64,000 nucleotides of DNA. Source: Eledone cirrhosa (Eukaryota). The first letter of the stretch is position 1. Each line of letters starts with the position of its first letter. Below are positions 13,590 to 28,481 of the stretch, piece after piece. The notes under the pieces were generated by a model. That model made no database searches, was not told where the DNA came from, and saw nothing but the letters and a program-made list of their open reading frames with translations. The DNA lies in assembly GCA_964016885.1 (NCBI GenBank), contig OZ024742.1, positions 316,696,001 through 316,760,000 on the forward strand, written 5' to 3'. The position numbers and the translations under genes are program-made.

Positions 13590-14026
13590 CACGCAGGTAC
13601 ACATACATATATGCACGCCTCAGTATAGCGGACGTTTATTATAACGCCGCTTTGTTCGTTCGTTTGTCAACAAACCGAACAGCCTGAATTTATGCCATAC
13701 GGTGTTAAGGCAACCACGTCACCTTTTTGTTCAACACTGACACAGGAACGATGTACTAGTTTCAAGCTTGTTAGCTATCATCAGCACCGTTTACCCATCT
13801 GCCAGTTAGTTGAACGTTCGAAAGTATATACTTTCCTTATGAAAATTAACGGCTGAGCAGCCTAATTTGCATATTGAGTGAGTTAAATCGGTCAGGCATA
13901 CCGAAAACGATAAGTTGAAAAAAAATGAAAACGAAATTTCATTTCTCACTCTTAGTATGGCACTTACTTAAATGTAAGTATGTATGTATACGTACATACA
14001 TATATGTATACAGACGTACAGTAGCA

Positions 14027-14076
<50 letters not shown>

Positions 14077-14513
14077 CACGCAGGTACACATACATATATG
14101 CACGCCTCAGTTTAGCGGACGTTTATTATAACGCCGCTTTGTTCGTTTGTTTGTCAACAAACCGAACAGCCTGAATTTATGCCATACGGTGTTAAGGCAA
14201 CCACGTCACCTTTTTGTTCAACACTGACACAGGAACGATGTACTAGTTTCAAGCTTGTTAGCTATCATCAGCACCGTTTACCCATCTGCCAGATAGTTGA
14301 ACGTTCGAAAGTATATACTTTCCTTATGAAAATTAACGGCTGAGCAGCCTAATTTGCATATTGAGTGAGTTAAATCGGTCAGGCATACCGAAAACGATAA
14401 GTTGAAAAAAAATGAAAACGAAATTTCATTTCTCACTCTTAGTATGGCACTTACTTAAATGTAAGTATGTATGTATACGTACATACATATATGTATACAG
14501 ACGTACAGTAGCA

Positions 14514-14583
<70 letters not shown>

Positions 14584-14844
14584 CACGCAGGTACACATAC
14601 ATATATGCACGCCTCAGTTTAGCGGACGTTTATTATAACGCCGCTTTGTTCGTTTGTTTGTCAACAAACCGAACAGCCTGAATCGTTCCTGTGTCAGTGT
14701 TGAACAAAAAGGTGACGTGGTTGCCTTAACACCGTATGGCATAAATTCAGGCTGTTCGGTTTGTTGACAAACAAACGAACAAAGCGGCGTTATAATAAAC
14801 GTCCGCTAAACTGAGGCGTGCATATATGTATGTGTACCTGCGTG

Positions 14845-14896
<52 letters not shown>

Positions 14897-15011
14897 TGCT
14901 ACTGTACGTCTGTATACATATATGTATGTACGTATACATACATACTTACATTTAAGTAAGTGCCATACTAAGAGTGAGAAATGAAATTTCGTTTTCATTT
15001 TTTTTTCAACT

Positions 15012-15014
<3 letters not shown>
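13478..15014. mobile_element. ~487-bp tandem hammerhead element (relative of the 467 family) with internal (TA)n and head-to-head inversion at 14682-14683
   Basis: About 2.5 units left and 0.7 unit right. Shares ATGAAAATTA..GCAG.CTAATTTGCATA and AACGAAATT motifs with the 467 unit; both ends in (TA)n. Confidence 0.85.
13747..13791 (-). ncRNA. Minimal hammerhead ribozyme (second copy 14234-14278)
   Basis: AACGGTG-CTGATGA-TAGCT aaca AGCTT-GAAA-CTAG-TA^CATCGTT. Confidence 0.88.
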
Positions 15015-15501
<487 letters not shown>

Positions 15502-16607
15502 GTGTGTGTGGGTCCTTATGTATGTCTATTTATGTGTAAGTTAAATATTTCCGAGTCGTTTTGTTCAACCGACCCTTTGGACAATTTGCCACATCTGTAG
15601 GAATTGAAAAATCATGACTTCAATTCAGATCAATCGAACGAAATTGTGGTCCGGCTTTATTATCACATTTTCTACATAATAAACTATAGAACGAACTCCA
15701 AGTACCTCTAAAACAAAGTCGTATCAAGCTCATGTCTGTGTGAGTGTGTACATGTCGATATGTGCATTTATGTATGTGGGTGCGTGTATATGTGTTTATG
15801 CTGGTGAAAATTCTCTCTTTCTCTTTCCCTCTGTCTCTCTCCCTCTCCCTGTCTTCTTGCCATCTCCTGTAGTGTCGCTATCTTTCTATAAACATTATAT
15901 AAAATTGTTTTTGTAAACGTTTCTGTTTCGGTACGATTTATTTTCCAAATTCCTATCTGCCACCTCTCACTTCTTTATTAGCTGTCAATAGCCTTCATTG
16001 TTTTACTAAACTTGACAATATTTTGTCACGTATTTATCTGTTTATTCATTTGTTTCATAAATATTTATATATTTTTACATTAAATATTCACAGAAAGTAA
16101 ACTTTTATCCTTTACATTTTTCATTTGACTATATTTAGCGCTGTTTATTAAATGCTTGTTTCAGTCAATTCAATAAATTGTATTTAAATATTGTTTCTCC
16201 TCAGAAATATAATTCCGTTCTGCACAATGTGTATTGTATAAAGTGTTATTATTTCGAATATTATATTATTCGATGAAAGGGAAATTTTATAGAAATAAAA
16301 TAAATTAAATATTCTTCTGTTGTTCCTATTTCACACAATATTTAGTTGCGACAACTATAATCTGAGAGGTAAATTTGAAGGATGTAGTCATATAATAATG
16401 CACTAAATCTGAGATCGAACTGAAGCATTTAAACACTGAATCACATATATGGTCAATGTGTTATGAACATATTTACAATATGCAATATGGGTATAGAAAA
16501 AATGTGTAATGTTCCAATTTAAATTCTGTATTAAGCTACTATACAGTTAGAGGTTAAATCCCCTTAAGGTGCTTACAAATGTTAACAATAAACATGTTCG
16601 CAATATA

Positions 16608-16817
16608 CAGGGTGAGCATAAAGTCTTTTTACATTGAGCTTCTTGTTTCATAGATGCTATTTTGTTACTGGAAATTACAACTACTTCCTTTAGAAGAGAA
16701 AATGTAAAACATTTTCTGAAAAACTTTAAACTTGAAATTTATAAATTAAAACAATAAAAATTACAGTATCCAAGATATGGTATTTTATAAACAGGAAAAG
16801 ACATTATACTCACTCTG
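16608..16817. mobile_element. Tc1/mariner-type MITE, 210 bp
   Basis: TIRs CAGGGTGAGCATAAAGTCTTTT versus CAGAGTGAGTATAATGTCTTTT (19/22), TA duplication on both sides. Confidence 0.75.
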
Positions 16818-17418
16818 TATATTGATGTGTACGCATAAACGTACATGCAGAAATAAACGCATAAACACAAGTACAAAGAAATACAATACTAATTATATAA
16901 ACGTAATTCCAGCCCCAAACTAATAAAAGGTTTCAGAAAATGTACAGTTTCCTGGGAAACTCCTTCTCCATTCTGTCCGCCGGGGCTATGGGGCGGCTAG
17001 CAAGTGGAACCCCATTTGCTCACTATACAGAGAGATGGGGAGGGCGAGAGTGATGGGGGTGATGACGGTGGGAGTTCGGTTCTTCCGTGTTCGAACATTT
17101 TGCACCTGTCAAGAGTGTATTTTCATACTTGTGACGAACATTGTAAATTCCTATTTATAGTTTGAATCCTCTCTACCTCTCTCTCAGTGATAAAGAGCTT
17201 TATTTTCACCGTTTTACATATCACATACTCGTCATGTCGTACAAATATACTCCACCTATATATAAATACATTTTTCTATAATTCACTAGTCCGTTGTTTC
17301 GATATCACACTACCCTGTGCCGCTGCTAATCGCTTGAATCTCGCCGCTCACTGATTCGATAGATGATATCGGGAAAATGATATGAATCAGAGCGGACCCA
17401 TTATATGTAATATCAATA

Positions 17419-17654
17419 GGGCGGTGGGTTAGCATATCGCAGAGCGTCGGACCATATGTTTGCGGTATTTAGTTAGTTCCCTTTACGTCTGAGTTCAAAT
17501 CCCGCCGAGCTTAGCTTTGTCTTTAAACGTTACGGTGTCTATAAAATAATGGGGGGTCTATAAAATAATGCACCATTAACGCACTGGAGTCGACTTAATC
17601 GACTTTCCCCTTCTCCCAAGATTGTTGGAGTCGTGCTTAAATCAGAATCCATTA
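17419..17654 (+). mobile_element. Degenerate tRNA-derived SINE
   Basis: B-box-like GAGTTCAAATCCC; similarity to the SINE copies at 40078 and 61800. Confidence 0.75.
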
Positions 17655-17982
17655 TATATAATGGGGAGACGACGGTATATAAACATATACAATAGGATTT
17701 ATCAACAAAATTAACAAATTAAGAATCTCTTCGTCTGTCCACCGAATATTCATTCATTCTTTCTCTATATTCTCTCTCACTGCTCCATATCTTTCCTCCT
17801 CTTACTCCCACTGTTACCTTCTTCCTTCCCCTCTCTCCCTTCTACAGGCCAGCTCTACTAATGCCAACGCCCTTCCTTTCTCGCGACGACTTGGGGTCCA
17901 TCAGACGCACTTCATCTTTCTCTCCCGCTCTCTGACCTGTCCCCACACAAACAATAAATGAACGAAGATATCTCATTCTCCG

Positions 17983-18811
<829 letters not shown>

Positions 18812-18901
18812 TATATAATATATATATATATATATAATATATATATATATATAATATATATATATATAATATATATATATGTGTATATATATATATATTT
18901 A

Positions 18902-18976
<75 letters not shown>

Positions 18977-19948
18977 CAAGTAGGACCCCGACGGCTGAGC
19001 TCAAGGCATTTCGACAGCTAATTCTGGACTAAATGAATATTTTTAGCCTGGTAAATGAATAGCCGAAATTCTCAGGGGCTAATTCCATATATGGTAAAAG
19101 TGATTGTCACAAGGATTGGTCAAAAGTTTGTTGTTAAGACACATGATTCTATCATGGCATTTTGTGGAAGGTAGGGGTAGCTGAACTGGCTAGTAGAAGA
19201 AAGAGGGAGAGCGTGTGGAGGAAACAAATGCTGTTTTCGACGGACCAACTCCTAAATAAGAAAGACGAACTGGTAACTGCAATCAAACACAGATTGAGTA
19301 GGACTTACCTCGCCCTCAAACTCCATAATGACCCGGGGGTAGACAAGGGCTGAAACACTCCACTTGCCGACTTTGTAAGGGGTAACCCCTGCTTACAAAG
19401 GTAGACGTAACTTTTTTTATATATTCTTTTTATATATTTTTTATCGTTTCCTCTATATTTCCTTCTTGCCTCCATCCCTTCCTAGTCCTTCCACCCCAGA
19501 TCTCCTTCTTTGTCGTCGTTATTTTCACCTTCTCGCCCACTCCGATGCAGCCCTTCGGTCCTCTGTAGCTTCAGTACCTCCACCCCACTTATTTTATGAT
19601 AGAATTGGCCGACTCCGCTTTTTATAGCAGATGTGATAGACCCCAGATACTTGCTTTCTTATCCGATTGCTGCCCCATTTCCGTGATTTCTAGATTTCTT
19701 AGTGGTATTTCTGCTTTAGTTTCTCGTATATCAGTATTATTTTTTGGGGATTCTGAATTAATTTTTCGTATTAGTTTTTCATATATATTGTACGAGTATT
19801 TATGTAGATTGTATTAGAATGTATGTATTTTAGTAGTATTTATATATATTGTATTAGTTTTTTTATATATATTGTATGAGTATTTATGTAGATTGTATTA
19901 GAATTTATGTATTGTAGCAGTACATATATATATTGTATTAGTATTCAT

Positions 19949-20042
19949 GTTTCGGGATTCTGAATTAATATTTGGTATTAGTTTCGGGATTCTGAATTAA
20001 TATTTGGTATTAGTTTCGGGATTCTGAATTAATATTTCGTAT
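19949..20042. repeat. Three tandem ~32-bp repeats inside the PLE 3' UTR
   Basis: GTTTCGGGATTCTGAATTAATATTTGGTATTA repeated. Confidence 0.85.
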
Positions 20043-20610
20043 AAGTTTTTTTAGTATGTTGGTCCTCAACTTGTTGACCTGTCATTGTAAGATAGCTTTG
20101 GCCGATTACTACTAACTATTGTAGTGGTGGTAGACCCCCTGTAATGATGACCTCATAAAATTCTTTCACTACAATCTCGTATTTAGTATTCCTTCCCACC
20201 TATTAAACTTTTCTATAGCTTAGCAGTACCAGTGAGAGATTTGATGATTGTGGAAGGGGACTAGTAACCAGAAATTGTTTTTGTTTTTTTTAAATATTTT
20301 TTATATATTTTATATTATATATTTTATATTTTTTATATATTTATTCCATTTAGATTTACTTATTGTTTCAACTTCCCCCCCCTCCCCTTCTCTAGTATAC
20401 TTTTTCAACCTACTATACACTATCCTTAGAATCTGCTCTAGTTTTCACTTTCAACGCTTGACTGGGTTTCCTCCAATCCCTCTCCCTCTTGCTTCTACTG
20501 GCAAGTTCAGCTACCCCTACCTTCCTCAAAATGCCATGATAGAATCTTGTGTCTTAACAACAAACCTTTGACCAATCCTTGTGAGAATCATTTTTACCAT
20601 ATATGGAATT

Positions 20611-20706
20611 ACCCCCTGAGAAGTTCGGCTATTCATTTACCAGGCTAAAAATGTAAATTTAGTCCAGAATTAGCCGGCCAAACGGCTTGAGCTCAGCCGT
20701 CGGAGT
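20611..20706 (+). ncRNA. Decayed long-stem-II hammerhead of the Naiad family 3' terminus
   Basis: Composite of copies: ACCCC-CTGAGAA-GTTCGGCTA...TAGCCGTC-GAAA-CGGCT tgagctc AGCCG-TC^GGGGT. The core deviates (A8) in all copies seen, and GAAA is mutated in this copy. Confidence 0.55.
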
Positions 20707-20849
20707 CCTACTTGTTCCTATTACCCACTCTACTACCCTAAGTATTGAGTACTTTGGTGCCATACCTATGTGTATGTGTATGTATATTTATGTGTATATA
20801 TATATATATATATGTGTATATATATATATTTGTGTGTGTATATGTATGT

Positions 20850-21030
20850 ATTTTTTCATTCTGAAGATTGAAGGAAATATGTTTTGCTTTTAAGAAACCA
20901 CTGGTGAATGGAATAATTGCCTTATGTTGCTTATTACTTTATTACTTTACTACTATATATATGTATATGTAAGGTTCATATGAATTATCTGAGACTGAGT
21001 TTTACACACACACACATGTATATGTGTATG

Positions 21031-21075
<45 letters not shown>

Positions 21076-21927
21076 TTGTATTTGGTTGTGCGTGTTTATG
21101 ATATGTACGTATTTGTATGTGTATAATTGTATAGCTATGTATGTATATGTGTGTGTGTATGTATACATATATGTGTGTGTCTATTTTTATATTTATGTAT
21201 ATATATATATGTATGTGTATATATATACATATACATATGTGTGTGTATATGTGTGTGTATAATTGTATACGTGTGCGTGTGCGTGTTTGTGCATGTATTT
21301 GTGTATGTGTATGTATGTGTTTATGTATTTGTATATGTATATTTATGTATGAGAGTGTGTGTATGTATTTACTATTTTGTACGTATGTATACGTGCATTT
21401 GTGTGTATTACTTACCACGTCTGTCTGTCCAGCTACACGCCGGTTGTATCGCAGTCAAAATTTTTATATATATTTTTCTTATATTTATTTGCGTGTGTGA
21501 ATATGTAGAGGAGTGCATTTATGTATGTGTATGTATGTAAGTGTGTATATATGTATGATTGTGTGCATGTATGTATGTATGTATGTATATGTATGTGTGT
21601 ATGGCTATGTGTGTGTATGTGTATGCTTCTACACACATATATATATATGTGTATATGTATATATATGTGTGTATATATATATATATATGAATGGGTATGT
21701 CTGTATATATGTATGTGTGGTTGTATATATGTGTGTGCATGTGTATGCTTGTACACATATATATATGTGTATATGTATATATATATATATATGGTTATGT
21801 GTGTATATATGTGTGTGTGGTTGTATATATATGTATGTGTATGTGTGTATTTATATACACATATATGTGTGTATATATGTGTGTATGTATGAGTGTATGT
21901 ATATGTATATATATATGTATATATATG

Positions 21928-21963
<36 letters not shown>

Positions 21964-22222
21964 GGTGTGTGTGTATGCATGCTTTTGTGTGTGCGTGTTT
22001 TTGTGTGTGTGTTTGCATGTGTAGTTTTATTTTATTTTTCCTTTCCTTCTTCCCTTTCCAGCCTCACTTTCATATAGATTGCATTTTTGTTTTTAAAATC
22101 CAAATTCAATAAACAGACCAGGATTTTTCATTCTGAGGATTGAATGCAAAATCTTTTACTTTTAAGAAACTACTGGTAAATGGAATAATAAATGGAATAA
22201 TTGCCTTATGTTGTTTATTACA
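20850..22222 (+). mobile_element. Two related hammerhead modules (20854-20913, 22126-22185) separated by ~1.2 kb of mostly TG/TA low-complexity DNA
   Basis: TTTCATT-CTGAAGA/CTGAGGA-TTGAA...TTTAA-GAAA-C(C/T)ACTGG-T(G/A)^AATGGAA; both followed by TTGCCTTATGTTG. Confidence 0.7.
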
Positions 22223-22224
22223 TA

Positions 22225-23336
<1,112 letters not shown>

Positions 23337-23398
23337 TCGTTTCTGAATTTGGCAACATCACCCTCCCAAAGTATAACAATATATATATATATATATAT

Positions 23399-23531
23399 TA
23401 GAATTAGCCGTCGAAACGGCTTGAGCTCAGCTGTCGGGGTCTTACTGGTTCCTATTACCCACTCTACTACCTCAAGTATTGAGTACTTTGGTGCGTTATG
23501 GTCCACCTGGTTCCTTACCACATTTCCCTCG

Positions 23532-23534
<3 letters not shown>
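23399..23534 (+). mobile_element. Naiad 3'-terminal fragment in (TA)n
   Basis: AGAATTAGCCGTCGAAACGG...CATTTCCCTCGT-(TA)n. Confidence 0.82.
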
Positions 23535-23606
<72 letters not shown>

Positions 23607-23799
23607 TATAGAGAAAAATACTGCAGGTAGCACATGGATAACATGTAATAAAATAAGTCCCTCATCAGTGATTTGCCGAAGATCATATATATTTCATTGC
23701 ATTAAAAATCATATATCTCACGTCGGTGCAATAATAACCAAAATAAGTTATTAGGACAATTAAAACGCGTAAAGCGAGTGAGACAGGAGAACATATATA

Positions 23800-23844
<45 letters not shown>

Positions 23845-23847
<3 letters not shown>

Positions 23848-26800
23848 CAAAGGAAATGTGGCAAAGAACCAGGTGGACCATAACGCACCAAAGTACTAAA
23901 TAGTTAGGGTAGTAGAGTGGGTAATAGGAACAAGTAAGACCCCGACGGCTGAGCTCAAGCCGTTTCGACGGCTAATTCTGGACTGAATGAAAATTTATTC
24001 TGGTATCTAAATAGTCGAGCTTATCATGGGAGTAATTCCATATATGGTCAAAGAGATAATCACCAGGATTGGTCACATCCCAAGTTAGTAGTAAATCTGT
24101 GATGGCAAATTGGTGGGGAAGGGGTAGCTGAACCTGCCGGTAGGAGAAAAAGGGAGAGGGGGTGGAGTAGATCCATCCATGCGTTGGTAGTGCCGGCTAC
24201 AGCTGGGTGTGACGTCAAAGAGGATACTGGGGAGGGGGAAGGGGAGGAAGTCGAAACGGTAAGTAGAACAATGAAGGATAAAACTATAAAAAGTACTCAG
24301 AGAGAAAAAAAAAAAAATAAGCAAAGTCTCGTTACTAAGACTTAAGTCTCTCGCTATTGCTAGGCTAAAGAAATACATAAATAAATAAATAAACAAATAA
24401 GTGAATAAAAGAATAGATAAATAAATAAAACAAAATATATATATAATGAAGAATAAAAAAATAAATAAAAATAAACTAGGTGGGACGGAAATAAAGGGAC
24501 CCTTATACGAGGTATAAGTGCGTGTATCGTACGTTGACGGGTCAACAAAGGGGGGGGGGGGGCAAAATACTAAAGAGACTACCACGAAAATAATAAAGGT
24601 TTCTACCCCAATCACTGGGCCTGCAACCAGCCAGAGCAAGAAAGTAAACTAGTACGAGAATATAATTCAGGGTCCCGCAAAAAAATACTCGTGCTAACTC
24701 TAAGGGTACCGCCACGAAACAAATCAGGACTTCGGTACCAAGGAGGGATTCGGATTTATTACCTACAATTCTCCCCCCCCCCCCCCGAACCCTTTGCTCT
24801 CACCCTTCGAGAATGACCTCTTCCAACTGGTCAAGAACCTTAAATTCAAACCCAGACACAACCGATTCCTACAAAAACTCCGTAGCAACTTAACAGAGTA
24901 TGATAACACCAATGACATCATGGTGCATTCGGATAAAACTGGGAACCTATACTTTGTCAACCCCGACAGATACCACACACTGATCAGGAGCAGCCTAAAC
25001 TCCACCTATAAAAAGGCTAACCACTCATGCATCGAGGACATTAATCGAGATGGACAACAAATTACCTCCAGCCTCGGGGTCGCCGACCGCACCGAACCCC
25101 TAGACCCACGGACACCCTACTTCACACTGAAGGACCACAAATCCGATTTCGACCGTAAACCATCTATCAGGCTTATAAACCCAACGAAGTCCGACATAGG
25201 GAGAATCAGCAAAAAAAACCTAGACCGCGTGATACCAAAAGTCAAGCAACACGCCAGACTTCGCCTATGGATCAACACCCAGGAAGTTATCTCATGGTTC
25301 AGCAATATGGAGGATAAACGAGACACTAAATTTATCCAGTTCGACATAGAGAGCTACTATGCTTCTATCACCTTACCGCTACTTACTGCCGCCTTGGACT
25401 TCGCCGAAGCACTCGTGCCCATCACCGACCAGGAAAGAAAAATCATCCTCCACGCCAGGAAGACAGTCTTACTCTTTGACAACTCCAAATGGATAAAAAG
25501 AGCTCCCGACTCACCCTTCGACGTCAGCATGGGCGCTACGGATTCGGCGGAGGTCACAGATCTTATAGGATTATTCCTTATAGCCAAACTCACCGATGTT
25601 TCCTGCTTTCGGTGGTGGATTGTACCGTGATGATGGGCTCCTTACCCTTAAAGGGTACAACCCCAGTAGTACAGATCGGGTCCGTAAACAATTAATCAGC
25701 TTCTTCCGCGACTGGGGATTTAAAATAACCCTACAAACGTCCCTGACCCGAGTTAATTTCCTGGACGTTACCCTCGATCTCAATAATGACCTGTACTACC
25801 GATACAGGAAACCCAATGACAACCTGCACTACATCCACCGCCGATCTAACCATCCTAGGAACATCACCAACAACCTGGTCAAAAACATCTCCCTCCGCAT
25901 ATCCCGTTTGTCAGCTAATGAGAAGATATTCGATGAACATGCGCCTTACTACAACCAGGCCCTCAAGCGGAGTGGCTTCCGGGAGGAAATAGCCTACTGT
26001 CCAGCTCCCATTAGCAGAACCAGCAGGCGACACCGCCGCTCACGCAATGTAACATGGTTCAATCCTCCCCACAACGCCGAGGTGAACTCCCATCGGGAAA
26101 ATTTTCTTTAGGCTCATTGAAAAACACTTCCCACCACAACGCCGCTACCACAACATAATTAACAAAAATACCATCAAACTCTCTTACAGCACTACACCTA
26201 ACTTCGCACAAAACATCGTCTCCTCCAACAACAAAAAACTCAACCCCGATGGAAGAAACAACCTAAATAGCAGTGTAGAGCCGACCAGGAGGTGCAACTG
26301 TCCTGATAGATCCAGTTGCCCCCTCGACAACAGATGCAGAGACCTTAATGTGATCTACCAGTGCAACGTGAGCACGGACACCTCCAACAAAGCTTATATA
26401 GGATTAACCGCATGTGACTTCAAGACCCGGCTATACCAACACAGACATACCTTCCGAAACCCGGCCCGGCGTCACGCCACTACACTTTCGGGCCACATAT
26501 GGGACCTCAAGGACAACAACATCAACTATGATCTCACTTAGAAATTACTGTCCAGAGCCAACTCTTACACGGGAGGACGCCGTCCGTGAAATTTATGCTC
26601 GGAGGAAACTTTACAAATGCTGTTTTCGACGGACCAACTCCTAAACAAGAAAGATGAATTGGTTACTGCATGTAAACACCGATTACGTAGGACTTACCTC
26701 GCCCTCAAACCCCATAATGAGCCGGGGGGGGGGGGGGGGGGGTAAAACACCCGACTTGCCTATTTTGTAAGGGGTAACCCCTGCTTGCCAATGGAGACGT

Positions 26801-27943
26801 AAGACATTCTTTTACATTCTTTTATCGCTTCCTCTATATTTCCTCCTTCCCCCATCCCTCCATAGTCCTTCTACCCCAGTTCCCTTTCTTTGTCGTCGTC
26901 TTTTTCTCGCCCACCCGAGATAGCCCCTCGGTCCCTTGTAGCCTCAGCACCACCACCCCCTCCCCTATTCTATGATAGATTTGGCTGACTCCGCTATTTA
27001 TAGCAGGGATCGGTCTTAGACTTCGGATACTTGCCCCCTTCTTCGACCGCTGTCCATTTTTTCCGTGCCTTCTATATTTCTTAGTGGCATCTTTGCTTTA
27101 ATTTCTCGTTTATCCAGTATTTCTTTCCTCTTTTTCTCTTTTTTTTGAGGGGGGTGGGGTGTTTCTGTATTAATTTTCCGTTCTTTACTTTTACTTCGTA
27201 CGATCTTTCATGTAGCTTGTATAAGACTTTTTGATTCGTGGCGGTACCCTTAGAGTTAGCACGAGTATTTTTTTGCGGGACGCTGAATTATATTCTCGTA
27301 CTAGTTTACTTTCTGGCTCTGGCTGGTTGCTGGCCCTGTGATTGGGGTAGAAACCTTTATTATTTTCGTGGTAGTCTCTTTAGTATTTTGGCACCCCCTT
27401 TGTTGACCCGTCACCGTACGATACACGCACTTATACCTCGTATAAGGGTCCCTTTATTTCCGTCCCACCTAGTTTATTTTTATTTATTTTTTTATTCTTC
27501 ATTATATATATATTTTTTTAAAATTTATTTATCTATTCTTTTATTCACTTATTTGTTTATTTATTTAATTATGTATTTCTTTAGCCTAGCAATAGCGAGA
27601 GACTTAAGTCTTAGTAACCAGACTTTGCTTATTATTTTTTTTCTCTCTCTCAGTACTTTTTATAGTTTTACCCTCATTGTTCTACTTACCGTTTTGACTT
27701 CCTCCCCCCTCACCCTCCCTAGTATCCTCTTTGACCCCACACCCAGCTGTAGCCGGCACTACCAACGCATGAATGGGTCTACTCCACCCCTCTCCCTTTT
27801 TCTCCTACCGGCAGGTTCAGCTACCCCTTCCCCCACCAATTTGCCATCACAGATTTACTACTAACTTGAGATGTGACCAATCCTGGTGATTATCTCTTTG
27901 ACCATATATGGAATTACTCCCATGATAAGCTCGGCTATTTAGA
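23845..27943 (+). mobile_element. Naiad-type Penelope-like element with ~875-bp inverted copy of its 3' end at the 5' side (23845-24720)
   Basis: The left arm is the reverse complement of 27236-27943 plus the terminal module, and ends in (TA)n; the right arm carries RT/EN. Confidence 0.88.
24722..26720 (+). pseudogene. Naiad-type RT + GIY-YIG, two frameshifts (~25600, ~26090), TAG at 26539, TGA at 26587
   Basis: [91 protein letters not shown]. Confidence 0.88.
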
Positions 27944-28182
27944 TCTTTGAAGTGTGCGGACTGCTGGAAAGCTTCCATTACTCATACTTCTCGCCTCCTT
28001 CACCACCTCTTTTACGGCTTCGATATAAATACCCCCTCCGCCTCCGTGGTATTTTCTTCGGGGTTATAAGAGGCTTAGCTCTGTTTCTCGACCGTTATAT
28101 CGCGTGACTATCTCCCCCTCCGCCTTTTGGGATTCTTTCTCACGTCGTATAGACGCGTTCTTGAGACTAGTAAAATGAGGTA

Positions 28183-28272
28183 TCCTCTTGATAAGTCGGC
28201 AGACCTCGCAAGGACTCTATATCTTTATGATGTATTGTTTTTGTTTATGCCACGAAACTACGTAGTCGAGGA
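28183..28272 (+). ncRNA. Hammerhead ribozyme with U3-A8 covariant core and long stem II, in a separate 3'-end fragment (27944-28340)
   Basis: TCCTC-TTGATAA-GTCGGCA...TGCCAC-GAAA-CTACGTAG-TC^GAGGA; palindromic stem III. Confidence 0.72.
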
Positions 28273-28388
28273 ATCTAGGAGCAGTTTAGGTATGATACAT
28301 TTTATTACTAATTATATCTAAATGTTTCTTCTCTCTTCATAATATATATAATATATATTTATATATATATATATATATATATATAATG

Positions 28389-28424
<36 letters not shown>

Positions 28425-28481
28425 ATATATATATATGTATATATAATGTATATATATATATAATGTATATATATATATAAA

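Larger units (their letters stand above)
18975..20760 (+). mobile_element. 5'-truncated Naiad-type PLE (last codons + 3' UTR) with inverted 3' arm 18975-~19210
   Basis: QMLFSTDQLLNKKDELVTA matches the element at 26617-26670; the left arm is the reverse complement of ~20480-20718. Confidence 0.8.

Noticed and set aside
23640-23690. Minus-strand CTGATGA near (TA)n
   Set aside because: No GAAA or stem III in a suitable position.
27238-27864. 208-aa hydrophobic ORF (and its inverted twin 24085-24639)
   Set aside because: T-rich 3' UTR with non-ATG starts; the two copies differ by a frameshift.
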